A DNA stretch of 64,000 nucleotides from the human T2T-CHM13v2.0 reference genome, Homo sapiens: assembly GCF_009914755.1 (NCBI RefSeq), contig NC_060947.1, one strand, 5' to 3'. A program made the position numbers and the translations under genes. The notes under the pieces were generated by a model. It made no database searches. It saw only the letters and a program-made list of their open reading frames with translations, and was not told the DNA's origin. Below, piece after piece: positions 60,666 through 64,000 of this stretch (position 1 is the first letter of the stretch; the number at the start of each line of letters is the position of its first letter).

Positions 60666-60979
60666 GGCCAGACATGGTGGTTCACACCTGTAATCCCAGC
60701 ACTTTGGGAGGTTAAGGTGGGAGGATTGCCTGAGCCAAGGAGTTCGAGATCAGCCTGGGTAACACAGGGAGATCCCATCTCTGTGAAAATTTAAAAAAAA
60801 TATTAGCCAAGCATAGGTGGCTTGCCCCTGTGGTCCCACCTACTCAGGAGGCTGATGCAGGAGGACTGCTTGAGCTCAAGAGGTCAAGGCTGCAGTGAGC
60901 CTCGACCTCGATGTGTGTGTTCATGCCACTGCACTCCAGCCTATGTGACAGAGCAAGATCCTGTCTCAAAAAAAAAAAA
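60666..60979 (+). mobile_element. AluJ with 15-bp right-arm insertion
   Basis: J diagnostics; TSD AARTCTGRGTT. Confidence 0.9.
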
Positions 60980-61003
60980 AAATCTGAGTTGAAACTGAGA
61001 TTC

Positions 61004-61309
61004 TGCCGGGTACAGTGGCTCACACCTGTAATCTCAGCACTTTTGGAAGCTGAGGTAGGAGGACTGCTTGAGCTCGGGAGTTCAAGACCAGCCTGAGCAA
61101 CACAGCAAGACCTCATCTCTACTAAAAATTAAAAAAAAAAATTAGCCAGGCATGGTGGCACATGCCTGTAGTCCCAGCTACTTAGGAAACTGAAGCAGGA
61201 GAATCACTTGAGCTCAGGAGATCGAGGCTGCAGTGAGCTTGATCACACCACTACACCCCAGTCTGGGCAACAGAGTAAGATCCTGTCAAAAAAAAAAAAG
61301 AAAAAGAAA
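61004..61309 (+). mobile_element. AluJ
   Basis: J diagnostics; TSD GAAACTGARATTC. Confidence 0.9.
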
Positions 61310-61414
61310 GAAACTGAAATTCCTAGAAAGGAGCTAAGTTAAAAGCAAGTACATGAAGCAGAAAGATGCTTTTTCCTAATAGACTCAATTAGGAAAAAGG
61401 AGGTAGTGGCACAG

Positions 61415-61770
61415 ACACCACACACTGCTCATAGGTATATAAATTGATCAAATTCTTCTGGAGGATGATTTAACATTAAGCATCAAGATCTTTTTAAAAG
61501 TTCATATTCCTCAATTATTTTACTTTTAGGTCTTTACCCTCAAGGAAACATTAGAAATGAGCATAAAAATATGTGTACACAGGTGATAACTGTGGCATTA
61601 TTTACACTAGCATAAAATTGGGGACAACCTACATGTATATCAATAAGGGGCTGGTTAAATACATTATACATATTAACAATCACATTTAGGTGAGCTTTTA
61701 TTGGAATATGAAAATACACATGTATATTGTTAAGAGGAAAAAGGGCAGAGTTCAAAACTGAGTATATAGT
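61415..61770 (+). mobile_element. Old L1M (L1ME-like) fragment (approximate ends)
   Basis: ACACTGCT..GTATATAAATTG..TTCTGGAGG..AAATTGGGGACAACCTACATGT resembles a decayed ORF2 end. Confidence 0.6.
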
Positions 61771-61889
61771 AGAAATATGCTAATCCCTATCCCAATCCTA
61801 TGTATTTTCAAAACGTCTTCAGACACAGTGCAATTAAATAAAAACCAAAACAGAGCTAATCACTGTTGATGGTAAGAGATTCGGCTACT

Positions 61890-62135
61890 TAATTTTTAAA
61901 ACTTTTTATTTTAAAATAATTTTAAATTTACATAAGAGTTGCAAAATTAGTTTCATCCAGCTCCCCCTAATATTAACACCTTACATAACCATGGATTATT
62001 TGTCAAAATTTAAAAATAAACATGGGTATAACATGATTAACTGAACTACCACCTTTATTTGGATTTCCCCAGATTTCCCACTAATGTCCTTTATCTGTCC
62101 CAGGCTCTAATTCACAATACCACATTGCATTTACT
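61890..62135 (-). mobile_element. L1MC-like 3' end (approximate ends)
   Basis: TTTATTTTAAAATAATTTTAAATTTACA..AGTTGCAAAA..CACTAATGTCCTTT..CCACATTGCATTTA. Confidence 0.7.
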
Positions 62136-63136
62136 TGCTCACTTAAGTTTAACAAGATAATCCAAATTTTTGCCTCACTCAAGACTCATAAAATGCCATT
62201 TCATTTAATCAGATTTTCTTTTAGCTTAGCTATTTCTATTACAAGGTTATGAAAATATAGAGAAAATACCATTTTAGAATAAGTCAGAATATTCTGTCTT
62301 CCTGATTTGCACATGAATTAACTGATCTCAGAATTCTTCCCAGAAACTTTGGTATTGTTTCTCTCCTCTGGTCTCCGGGCCCCTCTTAGCTCTATTCATG
62401 CCCCACTACCAATCAGGTCCTTGCTGGCTGGGAACCAAGGCAGCACCGGTAGCCACTCCACTCATCTTAAACAAGGGACAAAAACAAGTACTAAACCAAA
62501 TGGAATAGAACTTTGAGGTGGGGAGCTACAATCAGTAACCCCAATCCTTCTAGAAACACCTCTGGATAAAAGTGATTTGCTCAGCAAACATTTCTTTAGC
62601 ATCTGTACATATGATTTCAAAGTGGTGCAGACAGGCTGAGTAACTTGACAAAAAGTCATTTAGCTAATAGATGGCAGAGCAGTGATTCAAACCCCAGTTC
62701 CTATGTGATTCCAAAGTCTATGATCTTAACTATTCCATTATTGTGCCTTTCTTGAAAGATACTCAATAAATAACTGAGCTGAATCAGTCCAATTCTAGCT
62801 TTTGAGCCTTGATTTTTTCAACCTTGACTTGAACTTTGACCGTAGCACTGGTTCTGACTTGATCTTTATGGCAAATATGCTTTCTTTCTTCTTTTACTAA
62901 AACGTTGGCCCTGCCTACCCTGATATGTTGCACTGTATACCAACCCAGTTGCCTGCTCTGTGATGTGTCTCCGCCATGTTATGTTAACATTTCCTGGATG
63001 TGCCTGTCTCTCCTGGTTAGGGACCATCCTACTTCTTTCTCCCCGCAACAATGAGGGACCTCTGACGTCTTTTGCTCTGGCAGTAGTCTGGTTGCCATCT
63101 GGCCATTAAGCAGTTCTAGACCTGCTCCTGGCCCTC

Positions 63137-63155
63137 TGCTGCCCTCTAGCAGTCG
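63137..63155 (-). promoter_or_regulatory. Candidate CTCF motif
   Basis: Minus strand CGACTGCTAGAGGGCAGCA; one mismatch to the core CCRSYAGRKGGCRSY. Confidence 0.4.
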
Positions 63156-63901
63156 CCGGCTACTCTGCCCCATCTGGAACAGGAACTTTACCTTTGGGCC
63201 TTGTATACTTCCACTTGGCTTGGTAACCTTAAAGCCAGGAAAAGGGAAGTCTGGCTGAAACAGCCTGGATTCCCTGGGAGAATGACACTTGGCAGCAAGT
63301 AGCTCAAGAAGAATGACTTTCTCTTCTTCCTTTTTAAGAGAAGGCTAGAGGGAAAGGAGGAAGAAAGACTGGTCCTACGCCTTTCCCACTGAGAATCTCT
63401 CAAGGGATACTGTTCCCAAAATGGCACTGTGGAAGACCTTGTGTGTCCAACTTACAAAGTGTGTTTGTACTAGTTGTGGTCCCACCTTACAAAGGAGCTT
63501 TCCAGCTCTGAGAATGGAGGATGGAGGGGGCAGCAAGTCCTTGGGCCTTTGGGAAATGGATATATCAGTGTCTTGACCCAGTGGATACTTTCTAAACTCC
63601 TCTAGCCACTATAAGGGTGACCTCAGGAACTACCAGCTGTGCACAGGTGGCAGAAGCCTTTGATGACTGGTTTCCTCTTCCCTAGAGTAATTTAGCAGCA
63701 GGAGTGGGTGCAGGGTGGAAGGAGCAGCTGTTTATTCTCATGACACTTCCCACTCCTGAAGACAGCTCTTTGATTGATTCACCACCAACCGCCCCCTTGC
63801 CCCCCGCCCCCAGAAGATCTAGCTTGGTCTCCAGGGACAGAAACAGTTTGGGCTTAGATAGGTTGTGCAACTTCCTCTGGATCAAATACTGGATCCTCAG
63901 G

Positions 63902-63927
63902 AAAAACAAAAACAAAAACAAAAACAA
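63902..63927. repeat. (AAAAAC)n short repeat
   Basis: About 4 units read directly. Confidence 0.8.
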
Positions 63928-64000
63928 CTTCCCTCAGTTCTGTCTGCTGGTAAGGATGACAGGGGTGACAATAAAGGTACCACTGCCACCACCTCCATCC

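Overview
This is human non-coding genomic DNA, either a large intron or intergenic sequence; I do not recognise the locus. The species call rests on a near-consensus AluYb8, a human-specific family. The window holds about 33 Alu elements or monomers, two MST (MaLR) solo LTRs, one LTR1-family ERV1 solo LTR, a 5'-truncated L1PA, several old L1M fragments, L2, L3/CR1 and MIR remnants, microsatellites, and one MER85 piggyBac MITE. I found no supportable protein-coding gene, RNA gene, CRISPR array or CpG island; nearly all ORF-track entries are repeat-derived or chance ORFs. I did not find a convincing new biological system. The best leads are: the MER85 with its PGBD3-binding palindrome; a nested insertion cluster that appears to reuse one target site; a very young AluYb8(a1-like) insertion; recent micro-duplications and a fold-back insertion; repeat-poor blocks resembling enhancers; immune-type motif clusters; a CTCF-like site; and two frame-preserving candidate exons on the minus strand. 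Subfamily names come from remembered diagnostic positions, and boundaries of old repeats are approximate.
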